Shown: one piece after another, positions 36,880 to 46,340 of the stretch | Position numbering within the stretch: position 1 is the first letter of the stretch | Layout: every line of letters starts with the position of its first letter | NCBI GenBank assembly: GCA_938049325.1 | Contig: CALICC010000096.1 | Coordinates: 1 to 47,997 of the forward strand | Direction: 5' to 3' | Length of the DNA stretch: 47,997 bases | Origin: an uncultured Ilumatobacter sp. | Lineage (GTDB): Bacteria; Actinomycetota; Acidimicrobiia; Acidimicrobiales; Ilumatobacteraceae | Notes under the pieces: model-generated | The model's input: the letters and a program-made list of their open reading frames with translations, nothing else | Told to the model about the DNA's origin: nothing | Database searches by the model: none | Made by a program: the position numbers and the translations under genes

Positions 36880-37679
36880 CAGAGGTCCATCCGGTGGTTG
36901 CGCACCGTCGGCGCGACGGGGCGGCCGAGGAAGTCGTCGTTGATGCTGATCCGGACGCGTTCGCCGCCGAACGTTTCACCCGTCGCGTCGAACTCCGCTT
37001 GCTTGTCGACGTAGTACGCGGCTCGGAAGTCACCTTTGCTCGCGGCGTTGTAGGTGAGGTACAGCGCACGCCGCGGGTGCTCGGTGGTGTTCGTGCCGCT
37101 GTGGTGCGGGGCGTACGAATCGAAGAAGACGACGTCGCCCGGTGCGACCTCGACCGGCCGCCAGTCGAGCGCCGCCGCTGTCGCCTCCGCGATGCGGCCT
37201 CGCTCGTCGGTGTCGAGCTGTCCGTCGACATGCCCGGGAGCGAAGTACAGACACCCACTTGCGACCGTTGCCGCGTCGAGCGGCACCATGACCGAGATGT
37301 GATGGTCGACGAATCGGTAGGCGGTGGCATCCTGATGCGGGGCGAACCCGCCGCCGCCCGGCTGCTTGTAGTTGACCTTCTCCTTGAAGAGCACGCCGGG
37401 TTCGCCGAACAGTTGCGTGAGGACGTCGCCGATCAAGGAGCCCCGCACGAACTCGCCGAGCGACCGATGCGCGTCGGCAAAGAGCTCGCTGCGAGCGATC
37501 ACCGGACCAGCGTCGGTTTGTTCGAAGTGGTGGATCCCGGGGCCGTCCGACACCGACCACGCAACGAGCTCGTCGACCCAGCTACTCAGCTGCGCGAGCA
37601 GGGCCGACGGCACGACGCCGCGTTGACACAGCCAACCGTCGCGTTCCCACGCGGCGCGATCGTCGGGTCCGAGCGACAT
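36879..37679 (-). CDS. phnY: PhnY-like PhyH-family Fe/2-oxoglutarate dioxygenase
   Basis: LFKEKVNYKQPGGGGFAPHQD, GDVVFFDSYAPHHSGTN, RRALYLTYN, YYVDK. TGATG coupling to phnZ. Confidence 0.82.
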   Translation of the reverse strand: MSLGPDDRAAWERDGWLCQRGVVPSALLAQLSSWVDELVAWSVSDGPGIHHFEQTDAGPVIARSELFADAHRSLGEFVRGSLIGDVLTQLFGEPGVLFKEKVNYKQPGGGGFAPHQDATAYRFVDHHISVMVPLDAATVASGCLYFAPGHVDGQLDTDERGRIAEATAAALDWRPVEVAPGDVVFFDSYAPHHSGTNTTEHPRRALYLTYNAASKGDFRAAYYVDKQAEFDATGETFGGERVRISINDDFLGRPVAPTVRNHRMDL

Positions 37680-37745
37680 GGAGTTGACGCTAGCGCCGCG
37701 TGGGAACGCACGAGATCGGCTGAGCTCCGATCAACACCGCTCTGA

Positions 37746-40385
37746 TCAGCGCGGTGCGAACTCGAGGACCTGCTGGAACGTGGGACGGCTGGTGAACCGG
37801 AAGTCGTCGGGAATGAGGCCGGGGACGAACGTGGTCCGCCGACCTTCACTCAGCCACGTCGTGAGATCGTCGCCGGACTCGACGGCGGCCTCTGTGAGCG
37901 CTGTCTCGATTGCTGCCCACAACGAGTCGCGGCAGGCGTCGAGGTCGCCGCCGCCGCAGTACGCGACGTTGAACTCGCCTTCGACCGGAGCCCCGAGGAG
38001 CGATCGGAGGTCCTTGTCGGTGAGGCTCGCCCAGTCGATCCCGCGGATGTCGACGTCGTCGGTAATGAGCGGACCGAGGACCGGTTCCGCCACGGCAACG
38101 GTGATCGGTCCGAACACCGTGTCGAACAGCAACGGCCCTGCCGAGTCATGGAAACCGTCGTCGTCGGCGTCGAGTCGAGGTGCATCGTCTTCGACCCATG
38201 CGTCGAGCAACTCGACCGCCTGCGCCGCGAGTTCTGACGGCGCGTCTCCAGTGGCCAGCACCTCGCTGATCACGGGCCACACGGTCGACCGTGTGTCTTC
38301 GGTGGCCGATCGGTTCATGATGCCGACTACGTCGGCGAGCTCTGTCTCGTCAGGCCACTGATCGAACGCCTCGGTGCGGTGTACCGATCCGTACTGGTTG
38401 CCGTCGCCGTGCATGAACCCTGGCGCCGACTGGTTGTTCCAGTTCAGCAACCGGCCCGAGGGGTGACCGTCGGCGTGCGGGTGCTCGTCTTGTTCGAGGA
38501 AGCCTTGCCACTCGTACTCGCCGGTCCCGCGAGTCGGGAGCCGACGGTCGAGCCCTGGCGCCCGTTCTGGCAGGTAGCCCGACGCGAAGTAGCCAATCCC
38601 CTCGCGGTTGGCGTAGCCCCAGTTGAACGTGAAGCCGAACTGGTTGGCCACCTCGAAGAACGACTCCTGCGTGTCGGCGTCGCCTTCGGTCATGTCCTTG
38701 AGCGCAGCCAGATTCAACGCGTCGCGCCCGAAGGTCGAACGCTTGCTCGTCAGTGCGACAGGAATGCCGTCCGACGTCGCGGTGCCGACCACCGGGCCGT
38801 GCACCGACGTCGGGAAGCTGACCGGCTCGCCGCCGAGAAGTCCGGCATCGAACACCTCGAACGGAATGCACTCGCCGTTGAACTCGTAGTGCTGCGAGTC
38901 GCGGGTCGGTGCGGATCCATCGGGTTCACAGAGGATCTCGGCGTACACGTCGCGCACGTCTTGGTTCGCTGAGGTGAGGCTCCACGCGTAGTCCTCGGTG
39001 CGCCCGATCAAGATGTACATCGACAAGCCGGGAACCGCTGCGCCCTGCGCCTCGATGCCCGGCGCACTCAGGTGCACCTGCTGCACGATCTCGGGGTAGT
39101 AGTAGCCGAGCTGCGGACCCATGACGGCCAGCGTCGTGTCGTTGGCCGACTCCTCCGGGTCCACGATGAGCCAGTTCGACGCGCGACGCGACGGCGGACC
39201 GTCCGCGGCGTTGTACAGCAGGCCGGCCTCGGCCTCGGGCACGTCACCACCGGATTCGCCGGCAGCGAACTCGAGCGCGTTGAGCGAGACGATCGAGCCT
39301 TCGTCGATCTCCACCGAGCCGGTGACGTCGCCACCGGTGAACGTGCCGTATTCGAAGCGCTCTTCGATCGTCGTGTACGCCTCCGGATCGTCGGTGACCA
39401 TCAGGTCCTCCCAGACGAGGCGACCCTGGTCGTCGCCAAGGCGGTTCTCGAGCGCCGACAGGAACTCGGCGTTGCGTGCTTCGCTTCCGCCACCAGCGCC
39501 GAAGATCGATCCGATGAACGCCGTGGTCGCGATCACGTCGTTGACCGTCGCCGGCGCCTGGTCGATGTCGTTCTCCTCCCAGTAGGCGGTCAGCCCGTCG
39601 GCGTAGGCCTGGGCGTCGGCGATGATCTGTTCGCCCTCTTCGCCGTACGTGTCGATGAGCAGCTGCACCTGTGCGTCGACTTGCACTTCGGCCGCTGCGC
39701 TCGGAACGAACGAGGTGGCACTGGTGATCAGCGAGAACGCGTCGACGCCGGGAATGTCGAGCAGCGCAGCGCGAGCTGGGCCGCGCCCGAGCTCGATGAG
39801 GAGTCCGCGATCGCGGGCGGTCACCCACCCGGCGCCGAATGCCATGTCCTCGCGCGTCACGCCGGTGATGTGCGGCACGCCGAATTCGTCGTAGAGAATC
39901 GTGGTTCCTTCACGCGGGGTCGGCTCTTCGGTCGTGTCACCGACGGGTTCGAAGTTCTCGGGGAGGAACAGCTCCTCGATGTCGCTGTCGGTCACGTTGT
40001 CTCGCAACGGTGTCAGCGCGTCGTAGAGCGCGAGTTGGTCGAGTGACTCGTCGGTGGTCGGGAGCCCGCCGAAGTTGCCGGGCGGGAGGATGTAGTAGGC
40101 GCGGTCTTCGGTGACCACTTCCTCGACGGGCGCTGTGTCAGGCGGTTGCGTGTCACTCGGTTCGGTGTCGACGGGCGCATCGCTGGTTGCGGTCGTGCCG
40201 GTCGGCTCGGTGTCTGAAGGAGCGTCGGTCACGACGGTGGTGTCGTCGGCCGAGTCGGGCGCCGAGTCCGAGGTCTCGTCGCTACTCGAACATGCCGCGG
40301 CGACCAACCCTGCGGTGGCCAGCACCGCAACACCTGCTCGTCGTCGTGCCCCCGCCGGTCGCCGTCCCTGCCGTGTGATGCCCAT
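37746..40385 (-). CDS. Penicillin acylase (Ntn-hydrolase, S45) family lipoprotein
   Basis: YDEFGVPHI, FGAGW..ARDR, beta-chain start SNWLIV, GPQLGYYYP, VHGPV, NWNN. N-terminal RR plus hydrophobic stretch and VAAAC lipobox. Confidence 0.9.
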   Translation of the reverse strand: MGITRQGRRPAGARRRAGVAVLATAGLVAAACSSSDETSDSAPDSADDTTVVTDAPSDTEPTGTTATSDAPVDTEPSDTQPPDTAPVEEVVTEDRAYYILPPGNFGGLPTTDESLDQLALYDALTPLRDNVTDSDIEELFLPENFEPVGDTTEEPTPREGTTILYDEFGVPHITGVTREDMAFGAGWVTARDRGLLIELGRGPARAALLDIPGVDAFSLITSATSFVPSAAAEVQVDAQVQLLIDTYGEEGEQIIADAQAYADGLTAYWEENDIDQAPATVNDVIATTAFIGSIFGAGGGSEARNAEFLSALENRLGDDQGRLVWEDLMVTDDPEAYTTIEERFEYGTFTGGDVTGSVEIDEGSIVSLNALEFAAGESGGDVPEAEAGLLYNAADGPPSRRASNWLIVDPEESANDTTLAVMGPQLGYYYPEIVQQVHLSAPGIEAQGAAVPGLSMYILIGRTEDYAWSLTSANQDVRDVYAEILCEPDGSAPTRDSQHYEFNGECIPFEVFDAGLLGGEPVSFPTSVHGPVVGTATSDGIPVALTSKRSTFGRDALNLAALKDMTEGDADTQESFFEVANQFGFTFNWGYANREGIGYFASGYLPERAPGLDRRLPTRGTGEYEWQGFLEQDEHPHADGHPSGRLLNWNNQSAPGFMHGDGNQYGSVHRTEAFDQWPDETELADVVGIMNRSATEDTRSTVWPVISEVLATGDAPSELAAQAVELLDAWVEDDAPRLDADDDGFHDSAGPLLFDTVFGPITVAVAEPVLGPLITDDVDIRGIDWASLTDKDLRSLLGAPVEGEFNVAYCGGGDLDACRDSLWAAIETALTEAAVESGDDLTTWLSEGRRTTFVPGLIPDDFRFTSRPTFQQVLEFAPR

Positions 40386-40452
40386 GCGCGTGACGGTAGA
40401 TGAGGTCTCGATCGAAACGCGTACCAGAGCCGCGACCCGGCTCCGTTGCGTG

Positions 40453-40923
40453 TCAGATGTCGACGTCGTCGGGGACCATCGGATCGCTGCTGGGTTTCGA
40501 CTCCTGGCCGTGGTGGTACGCCTCGGTCAACCAGTCGCAGAACTCGTCGTCGACATCATCCGCATCGATCACGTTGATCACGTGGAAGTACTTGTCGCCG
40601 TAGTCGAGAACCTTGCGCGACAGCCGCCCCGATTCCAGTTTGCGTCGGAGCGAGAACCCGACAGCCACCCACTTCGTCTTCACCTCGAGGATGCAGAAGG
40701 TCGGCCCGTTCTTGAACAGCAACTTCTTGTTCAGTAGCGGATCGACGATCAGCGAGCCGTCGTTGACGGTGACGAGGTGATCGTGCACGCGATGGAACAC
40801 CGGGCCGGTGAAGTCAGGCACCGACTCGAGGAATTCCTCGACCGTGAGTCCGGGCCGACACGTGTGTCGGCGCCCCACAGCCCCGAACTCTCGGTCGCAG
40901 TCGGGGCATACCCAGATCGCCAT
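40453..40923 (-). CDS. DUF5655-like protein with N-terminal CPxC...HxC
   Basis: WVCPDCDREF...HTC; DDVDDEFCDWLTEAY C-terminal pattern. Confidence 0.7.
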   Translation of the reverse strand: MAIWVCPDCDREFGAVGRRHTCRPGLTVEEFLESVPDFTGPVFHRVHDHLVTVNDGSLIVDPLLNKKLLFKNGPTFCILEVKTKWVAVGFSLRRKLESGRLSRKVLDYGDKYFHVINVIDADDVDDEFCDWLTEAYHHGQESKPSSDPMVPDDVDI

Positions 40924-40953
40924 CGTCAGCTCCGCACTCCTCCGCTGGCGATC

Positions 40954-41844
40954 TCAGGTCGAGATGTCGACGCCGAACAGCTCACGGAAACGCTCGATGT
41001 ACTCGGCGTCGTCCTCGATCATCCCGAGACCGATCCAGTCGGCGTCGTCGATGCGGTCGTGCATCGCCGCCATCTCGGCGCCGCCCCAACTGACCGGGTA
41101 GCGCAGCTTCGGTGCGTCGGTCGTGATCGCATGTTCGATCACCTGCGCCACCTCGTGGGCGTCGGTAGCGCTGGCCATGCCCGCCGCGTAGAACTGGAAC
41201 ATCCGCCGGTAGTGGGCGTCGTAGGCGCCGGTGGAGTTCGGCGTGTCGATGTTCTTGGCGAAGATCGATGACTTCGTCACGCCCGGCTCGATGATCGCCA
41301 CACGAATTCCGAATGGCGCCACTTCTTGCGCAAGACCTTCACTGACCCCCTCGAGCGCCCACTTCGACGCAACATACGGCGACTGTGCCAGCGCCGCGAG
41401 TCGGCCCGCGACCGACGTGATGTTGACGATCGTGCCACTGCCTCGCTCACGCATCTGCGGGAGAACTGCTTGCGTGCACCGAGTGGCGCCACAGAGGTTG
41501 ACGTTCATGACATGCAGGTACAGCTCGGACGGACACTCCTCGGTCACGGCGTTGCCACCGACGCCAGCGTTGTTGATCAGGTGGTCGACGCGACCGGCCG
41601 TGCTCATGATCTCGGCGAAGCCGTCGCGCACCGAGTCGTCATCGGCGATATCGGCTTCGACGAGCGCGACGTTCACTCCGGCGGCTTCGGCCTTTGCCAA
41701 GAGTTTGTCCGCCTTGTCGAGCGAGCGCACCGTACCGACGACGTGATGACCGGCGCCCGCCAGGTGCATCGCGGTCGCTCGGCCGATACCGGAGTTCGCT
41801 CCCGTGACAACGGTGACAGGCTGGTCGGGGTTCGGGGTCGACAT
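40954..41844 (-). CDS. Short-chain dehydrogenase/reductase
   Basis: TGANSGIG, NNAG, YVASK, GIRVAIIEPG. Confidence 0.93.
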   Translation of the reverse strand: MSTPNPDQPVTVVTGANSGIGRATAMHLAGAGHHVVGTVRSLDKADKLLAKAEAAGVNVALVEADIADDDSVRDGFAEIMSTAGRVDHLINNAGVGGNAVTEECPSELYLHVMNVNLCGATRCTQAVLPQMRERGSGTIVNITSVAGRLAALAQSPYVASKWALEGVSEGLAQEVAPFGIRVAIIEPGVTKSSIFAKNIDTPNSTGAYDAHYRRMFQFYAAGMASATDAHEVAQVIEHAITTDAPKLRYPVSWGGAEMAAMHDRIDDADWIGLGMIEDDAEYIERFRELFGVDIST

Positions 41845-41877
41845 GGCGCGAACCTTACGCCTCGCGCGGAGAACCCG

Positions 41878-42840
41878 TCAGCTCGGCGAGATGTCGGCAC
41901 GAATGTCGGCGAGCCAGTCGTCGGCGTCGCGCCAGCGCCCGCCAGCATGCTCACGTTCGGTTTCGGCCGACTCTCCGGCCGCCGGATACGAACCGAGGAA
42001 CTTCACGCCGCCTTGCTTCGCGTGCAGTGATCGCATCGTGTCGGCCAGCAATTCGTCAGCGACATGCGCGTCGGCATACATGATGAAGCAGTAGTCGCCC
42101 AGGCCCCCGGCCTTGATCGGGCGGCTGAAGAGGTTCGAGAGGTTGATGCGGCGCGCCGCGAACTCCTGCAGGATCGAGATCAAGCTGCCAGGCTCGTCGG
42201 CGCGCTGGTACACGACGAGTGCGGTTCGATCGTGACCCGTTGGCGCAGGAACGCCTGACTTCGCAACCATCACGAATCGCGTCTGGTTCCCGGCGTGATC
42301 GGCGATGTCGGACTCCGCGACATCGAGGCCGTAGACCTCCGCGGCAACACGCGGTGCGACCGCGGCAACGGTCGACACGTCGGACTCACCCACGCGGCGC
42401 GCGGCGTCGGCGGTCGAGTTGGCGGCCACGATCTCGGCATCGGGCAGACGTTCACGGAGATAGCGGTGACACTGCGCCGTGGCGACCGGGATCGACAGCA
42501 CCTCGGTCACGGCATCGAGCGACGCTCCCGGTTGAACGACGAGGCAGTGCTCGATGTCGATCACGACCTCACGAACGATGATCAGTTCGTGGTCGAACGC
42601 AAGAGCGTCTTGCGTGAAGTTGACCATGCCCTCGATCGAATTCTCGATCGGTACCAATCCGGCGTCGACTTCACCCGCTTCGACTGCGTCGAGCACGTCG
42701 GGCACCGTGCGGTACGGCACGTGCTCGCTCGCGCCGGTGGGCTCCACGCTCTGCAAGGCCTGCTGCGTGAACGTGCCGAACGGCCCGAAGAAGCCGATGC
42801 GCCGCTGTGCATTCACGGATGGGGCGGCCGGGTTCGTCAT
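41878..42840 (-). CDS. pheA: Prephenate dehydratase
   Basis: GPFGTF, VPIENSIEG, NQTRF, ACT domain (PGSL..IL.EFA.R.INL, SRP, FLGSYP). Start ATG 42840. Confidence 0.93.
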   Translation of the reverse strand: MTNPAAPSVNAQRRIGFFGPFGTFTQQALQSVEPTGASEHVPYRTVPDVLDAVEAGEVDAGLVPIENSIEGMVNFTQDALAFDHELIIVREVVIDIEHCLVVQPGASLDAVTEVLSIPVATAQCHRYLRERLPDAEIVAANSTADAARRVGESDVSTVAAVAPRVAAEVYGLDVAESDIADHAGNQTRFVMVAKSGVPAPTGHDRTALVVYQRADEPGSLISILQEFAARRINLSNLFSRPIKAGGLGDYCFIMYADAHVADELLADTMRSLHAKQGGVKFLGSYPAAGESAETEREHAGGRWRDADDWLADIRADISPS

Positions 42841-42884
42841 CGGCACGAAGACTAACGATGCACCCTCACTCCGGGGCGCGTGGT

Positions 42885-43601
42885 TCAGCTTTTGCTGCTT
42901 GCGAGCGCCTGCTCGAGGAACTCGACGGTTCCGTCCGCGCCCGCTTGGCCGGCCTTGCGGGCCAGGACTGTTCCGTCGGTGTCGAGAACGATTGCGAACG
43001 GGAACGAGGTTCCTCCTGCCGCAGCGATCGCCGTGACGTTTTCGTCGTCGGCCATGATCGGCCATTCCCAGTTCTTCTCGGAGATCCAGTTCGACGGCGG
43101 GTAGTTGTCGGAGCCTTCGCGCACCGACGTGCTCACTCCGATCACGTCGAGACCTTCAGGAATGCGACCGTCTTCTTGCAGCGCCAACAACTCGGGAATC
43201 TCGTCGTTGCAGTGCGGGCACCAGTGCGCGAGGAACACGACGAGCGTCGGGTTCTCGGTATCGCCACCGAAGGCGACGGGCGTACCGTCGAAGCTCTCGC
43301 CGGTCACGATCGGAGACGCGGTGCCGATCGCGAGGTCATCGAGCGACGAGTCGTAGGGCGGCAGCGGCGTTCCCGCCACATCGATCGGACCGTTCTCCTG
43401 AATCGCCGCGACCGCCTCGGCCTCGGCCGATGCGACGCTCACCGACGAACCGTCTTCTTGTGCGCCAGATGCGTCGACGGTTTCGGACACGAGCACGTCG
43501 CCACCGGAGTCGTCGTCGCTACCGCCGCACGCGGAGAGCACGAGGAGCGCGACAACGGCCGATGCTGCCAGTCGTCGATGGAGCCGAGTGTGCGATGTCA
43601 C
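42885..43601 (-). CDS. TlpA-like thioredoxin-fold lipoprotein
   Basis: LSAC lipobox; FLAHWCPHC; SFP cis-Pro loop. Confidence 0.87.
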   Translation of the reverse strand: MTSHTRLHRRLAASAVVALLVLSACGGSDDDSGGDVLVSETVDASGAQEDGSSVSVASAEAEAVAAIQENGPIDVAGTPLPPYDSSLDDLAIGTASPIVTGESFDGTPVAFGGDTENPTLVVFLAHWCPHCNDEIPELLALQEDGRIPEGLDVIGVSTSVREGSDNYPPSNWISEKNWEWPIMADDENVTAIAAAGGTSFPFAIVLDTDGTVLARKAGQAGADGTVEFLEQALASSKS

Positions 43602-43698
43602 CTCATCATTCTGGCGTCTCCGGCGAGCGTGCGCACGGCGCGCGGTGATCCCACGGTGCAGCGTCGGTCACACGCCCGACGGCGCTACTGTCCGCGCA

Positions 43699-45486
43699 AT
43701 GGTCGACGAAGCTGAGTACAGCGACGCGTCGACGTTGCGCGACCTCCGACAGGTGCGGCGCGAGATCCGCCTCGGCGACACCGAGTGGTTCGACGTCTTG
43801 TATCGCGTCTACCTCTTCGCTCTCGTCGGCGGGATCGCCGTGGTGTTCGCGTCCGACTCGATCAAGGGCATCGTCGACGAGGCCGTCACGACCGTGGAGC
43901 TGCTCACCAAAGGTCCGTCCATCGCGGGAGTCGCCGCAGCGGTGGCCTTCGCCGTCGGACTTCGCAACGGGGCCGATGGTGGTCCGGTGTCGATCGAACC
44001 AGCCGATGTCCGACATGTGCTGCTCGCGCCCATCAGTCGACGCCGCGTGCTCTTGCGCCCGATCGTTCAGCGGTTGCGATCGGTGGCGTTCGGGGTTGCG
44101 ATGGTGCTCGGGGTGCTCGGCCAACTCGTCGCGCGCGAGATCGACGGGTCGCGCGCTGCCTGGGCTGCGAGCGGTGCGTTGTTCGGTTGCCTGCTCGCGG
44201 CGTTGTACGTCGGCGCGGCTGTTGTCTCACATGCACTCGGCGTCGCGAGGTGGGCCGCGAGCCTGATCGGCGGGATCGGTACGACATGGCAGATCGCCGT
44301 CGCGTGGGGAATCTGGCACGACGCCACGGACGGCCTTGCACGCATCGGGCCGGCGAACCTCGCCGGCAGCGTCTTGTTCTGGGGGATTCGCCAACGCGGC
44401 ATCGACGTGATCGCGTTGGCGGTTGCGCTCACGCTCGTCGTCGCAGCGCTCGCCCTCGGCGGCCGACTGCGGCTCGACCCACTCGAGCGCCGCGGTCAAT
44501 TGGTGTCGCAGTTGCGCTTCGCAGCCACCGTGCAAGACATCCGCACCGTGGTCGCCTTGCGTCGCCAACTTCGCGCTGAAACCGTGCGCGCTCGGCCGTG
44601 GATCCAGATCCGTCGGCGTCCGTCTCAGCCGGCCGTGTCAACCGGGTCGACCCCGCGACGGCCCCGCCGATCCGCATCGGTTCCTTCTGCTCGCTTCATC
44701 TGGACCCGAGGCGTCGTCTCGATCATGCGCTTGCCGCTCGGGCGGCTTGCGCGACTCGTCGCCCTTGCGTGCATCGCCGGTGCGAGCGCGTCGGCAAGCA
44801 TCACCGCCACGCCGCTGCTGCTGATCGTCTTCGTCCTCGCCGTGTTCCTCGTCGGTGTCGAGTCGCTCGAACCTCTCGCGCAAGAGGTCGACCATCCCGA
44901 CCTGACCGACGCTGTTCCGTACGATCGTGGACGGTTGTTCGCGCGCCTGCTCGGCGCACCCGCACTGCTGCTCGCGGTTGCCGGTCTGGTCGGAGCGGCC
45001 ACCGCATCGTTGCTCGAACCGACGCACGCGGCTGCGGCCTTCGCGCTCGCGATTCCGCTGGCGTGGGCTGGCGCGATCGGCGCGGTCGTCACGACCGTTC
45101 GCGACGCCCCCGACCTGCCGATCGTCGCGACGACTTCACTCTTCGGCGGCAACCAGGGTGGCGACAGCCCGTTCGCGCTTCCCGAGTTCGCCGGCTTCAA
45201 CAGCCTCATCACCGGAGCAATGCCGATCATCTTGAGCACCACCGCAGCCGTGCCGGTGTTCGCCATGCGCGCCCAACCCGACGTGTCCACGGTGTGGCGC
45301 TCACTGCTCGGTGTCACACTCTGTTTGGTCGCGCTGGTGTTCTGGGTGATTCGACGCGACCGTTGGGCCGTGGCGGTACGCGAGTTCTTCGCAGCCGGCC
45401 GCACCGACCTCGCCACCACCGGGAACGCAACCGGGAACGCAACCGAGAGCACCACCGGGAACGCGACAGGAAGCACAGACGCATGA
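43699..45486 (+). CDS. Multi-pass membrane protein, probable ABC exporter permease
   Basis: About 12 hydrophobic segments; GGP...D.....LLAPI.R motif; ATGA-coupled to the ABC ATPase. Confidence 0.7.
   Translation: MVDEAEYSDASTLRDLRQVRREIRLGDTEWFDVLYRVYLFALVGGIAVVFASDSIKGIVDEAVTTVELLTKGPSIAGVAAAVAFAVGLRNGADGGPVSIEPADVRHVLLAPISRRRVLLRPIVQRLRSVAFGVAMVLGVLGQLVAREIDGSRAAWAASGALFGCLLAALYVGAAVVSHALGVARWAASLIGGIGTTWQIAVAWGIWHDATDGLARIGPANLAGSVLFWGIRQRGIDVIALAVALTLVVAALALGGRLRLDPLERRGQLVSQLRFAATVQDIRTVVALRRQLRAETVRARPWIQIRRRPSQPAVSTGSTPRRPRRSASVPSARFIWTRGVVSIMRLPLGRLARLVALACIAGASASASITATPLLLIVFVLAVFLVGVESLEPLAQEVDHPDLTDAVPYDRGRLFARLLGAPALLLAVAGLVGAATASLLEPTHAAAAFALAIPLAWAGAIGAVVTTVRDAPDLPIVATTSLFGGNQGGDSPFALPEFAGFNSLITGAMPIILSTTAAVPVFAMRAQPDVSTVWRSLLGVTLCLVALVFWVIRRDRWAVAVREFFAAGRTDLATTGNATGNATESTTGNATGSTDA
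45418..45477. repeat. 12-bp coding tandem repeat x5 (TGNA units)
   Basis: ACCGGGAACGCA x2, ACCGAGAGCACC, ACCGGGAACGCG, ACAGGAAGCACA. Confidence 0.75.
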
Positions 45487-46187
45487 CCTCACTCGCCATC
45501 GAAACCACGAACCTGACGAAGCGCTATGGCGACAACGTCGCGTTGGCTCCGCTCGACCTCGCCGTTCCGCTCGGCCAACGCGTGTCGCTCATCGGTCACA
45601 ACGGCAGCGGCAAGACCACGCTCATCCGGATGCTCGCCGGCATGCTCGAACCAACCGCCGGGACCGCCTCGATCAACGGCTCGGCGTCAGGCACCACGGA
45701 CGCTCGCGCGGCGCTGTCGTACCTCTCGGATCAGCCCGTGTTCTACGACGACCTCTCGGTATGGCAACACCTCGAGTACGTCGCACGGCTGCACCACACC
45801 GACGCATGGGAAGACCACGCACACGATCTGCTCGATCGAGTCGGCCTCACTGAACGCGCCGACGATCTGCCCACCACGTTCAGCCGAGGTCTCAAACAGA
45901 AGGCATCGATCGCACTCGCCTTCGTGCGGCCATTCGATCTGATGCTCATCGACGAGCCGTTCGTTGGGCTCGACCGGATGGGCCGCGAAGCGCTGCTGGA
46001 GTTGCTGACGTGGGCACACGGCGACGGCGCAACACTCGTCGTGGCCACCCACGAGCTGTCGAGCGTGACGGCGAGCGAACGGCTCATCGCACTTGCCGAC
46101 GGTGAGGTTCTGTTCGACGGCGATCCCGACGACGCAGACCCAAATTCTCTCGCTGACGGCGTTTTCGACCGTCGAGCCCCCGAATGA
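45483..46187 (+). CDS. ABC transporter ATP-binding protein
   Basis: GHNGSGKT, FSRGLKQK, LIDEPFVGLD, VATH. Confidence 0.92.
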   Translation: MTSLAIETTNLTKRYGDNVALAPLDLAVPLGQRVSLIGHNGSGKTTLIRMLAGMLEPTAGTASINGSASGTTDARAALSYLSDQPVFYDDLSVWQHLEYVARLHHTDAWEDHAHDLLDRVGLTERADDLPTTFSRGLKQKASIALAFVRPFDLMLIDEPFVGLDRMGREALLELLTWAHGDGATLVVATHELSSVTASERLIALADGEVLFDGDPDDADPNSLADGVFDRRAPE

Positions 46188-46340
46188 TCTGACAGGCCGA
46201 AGACACAACGTGATCACCGTGCCCCGAAACGCGCGTCCCCGCGATTCTGCACCACAGGACGAAATCTCGGTTTCCGCAAGATTGTCCTGCCGAGCGCTCG
46301 TGTCACCGAAGTCACGCCTTTGGTCGTCTATCCTGACCGC

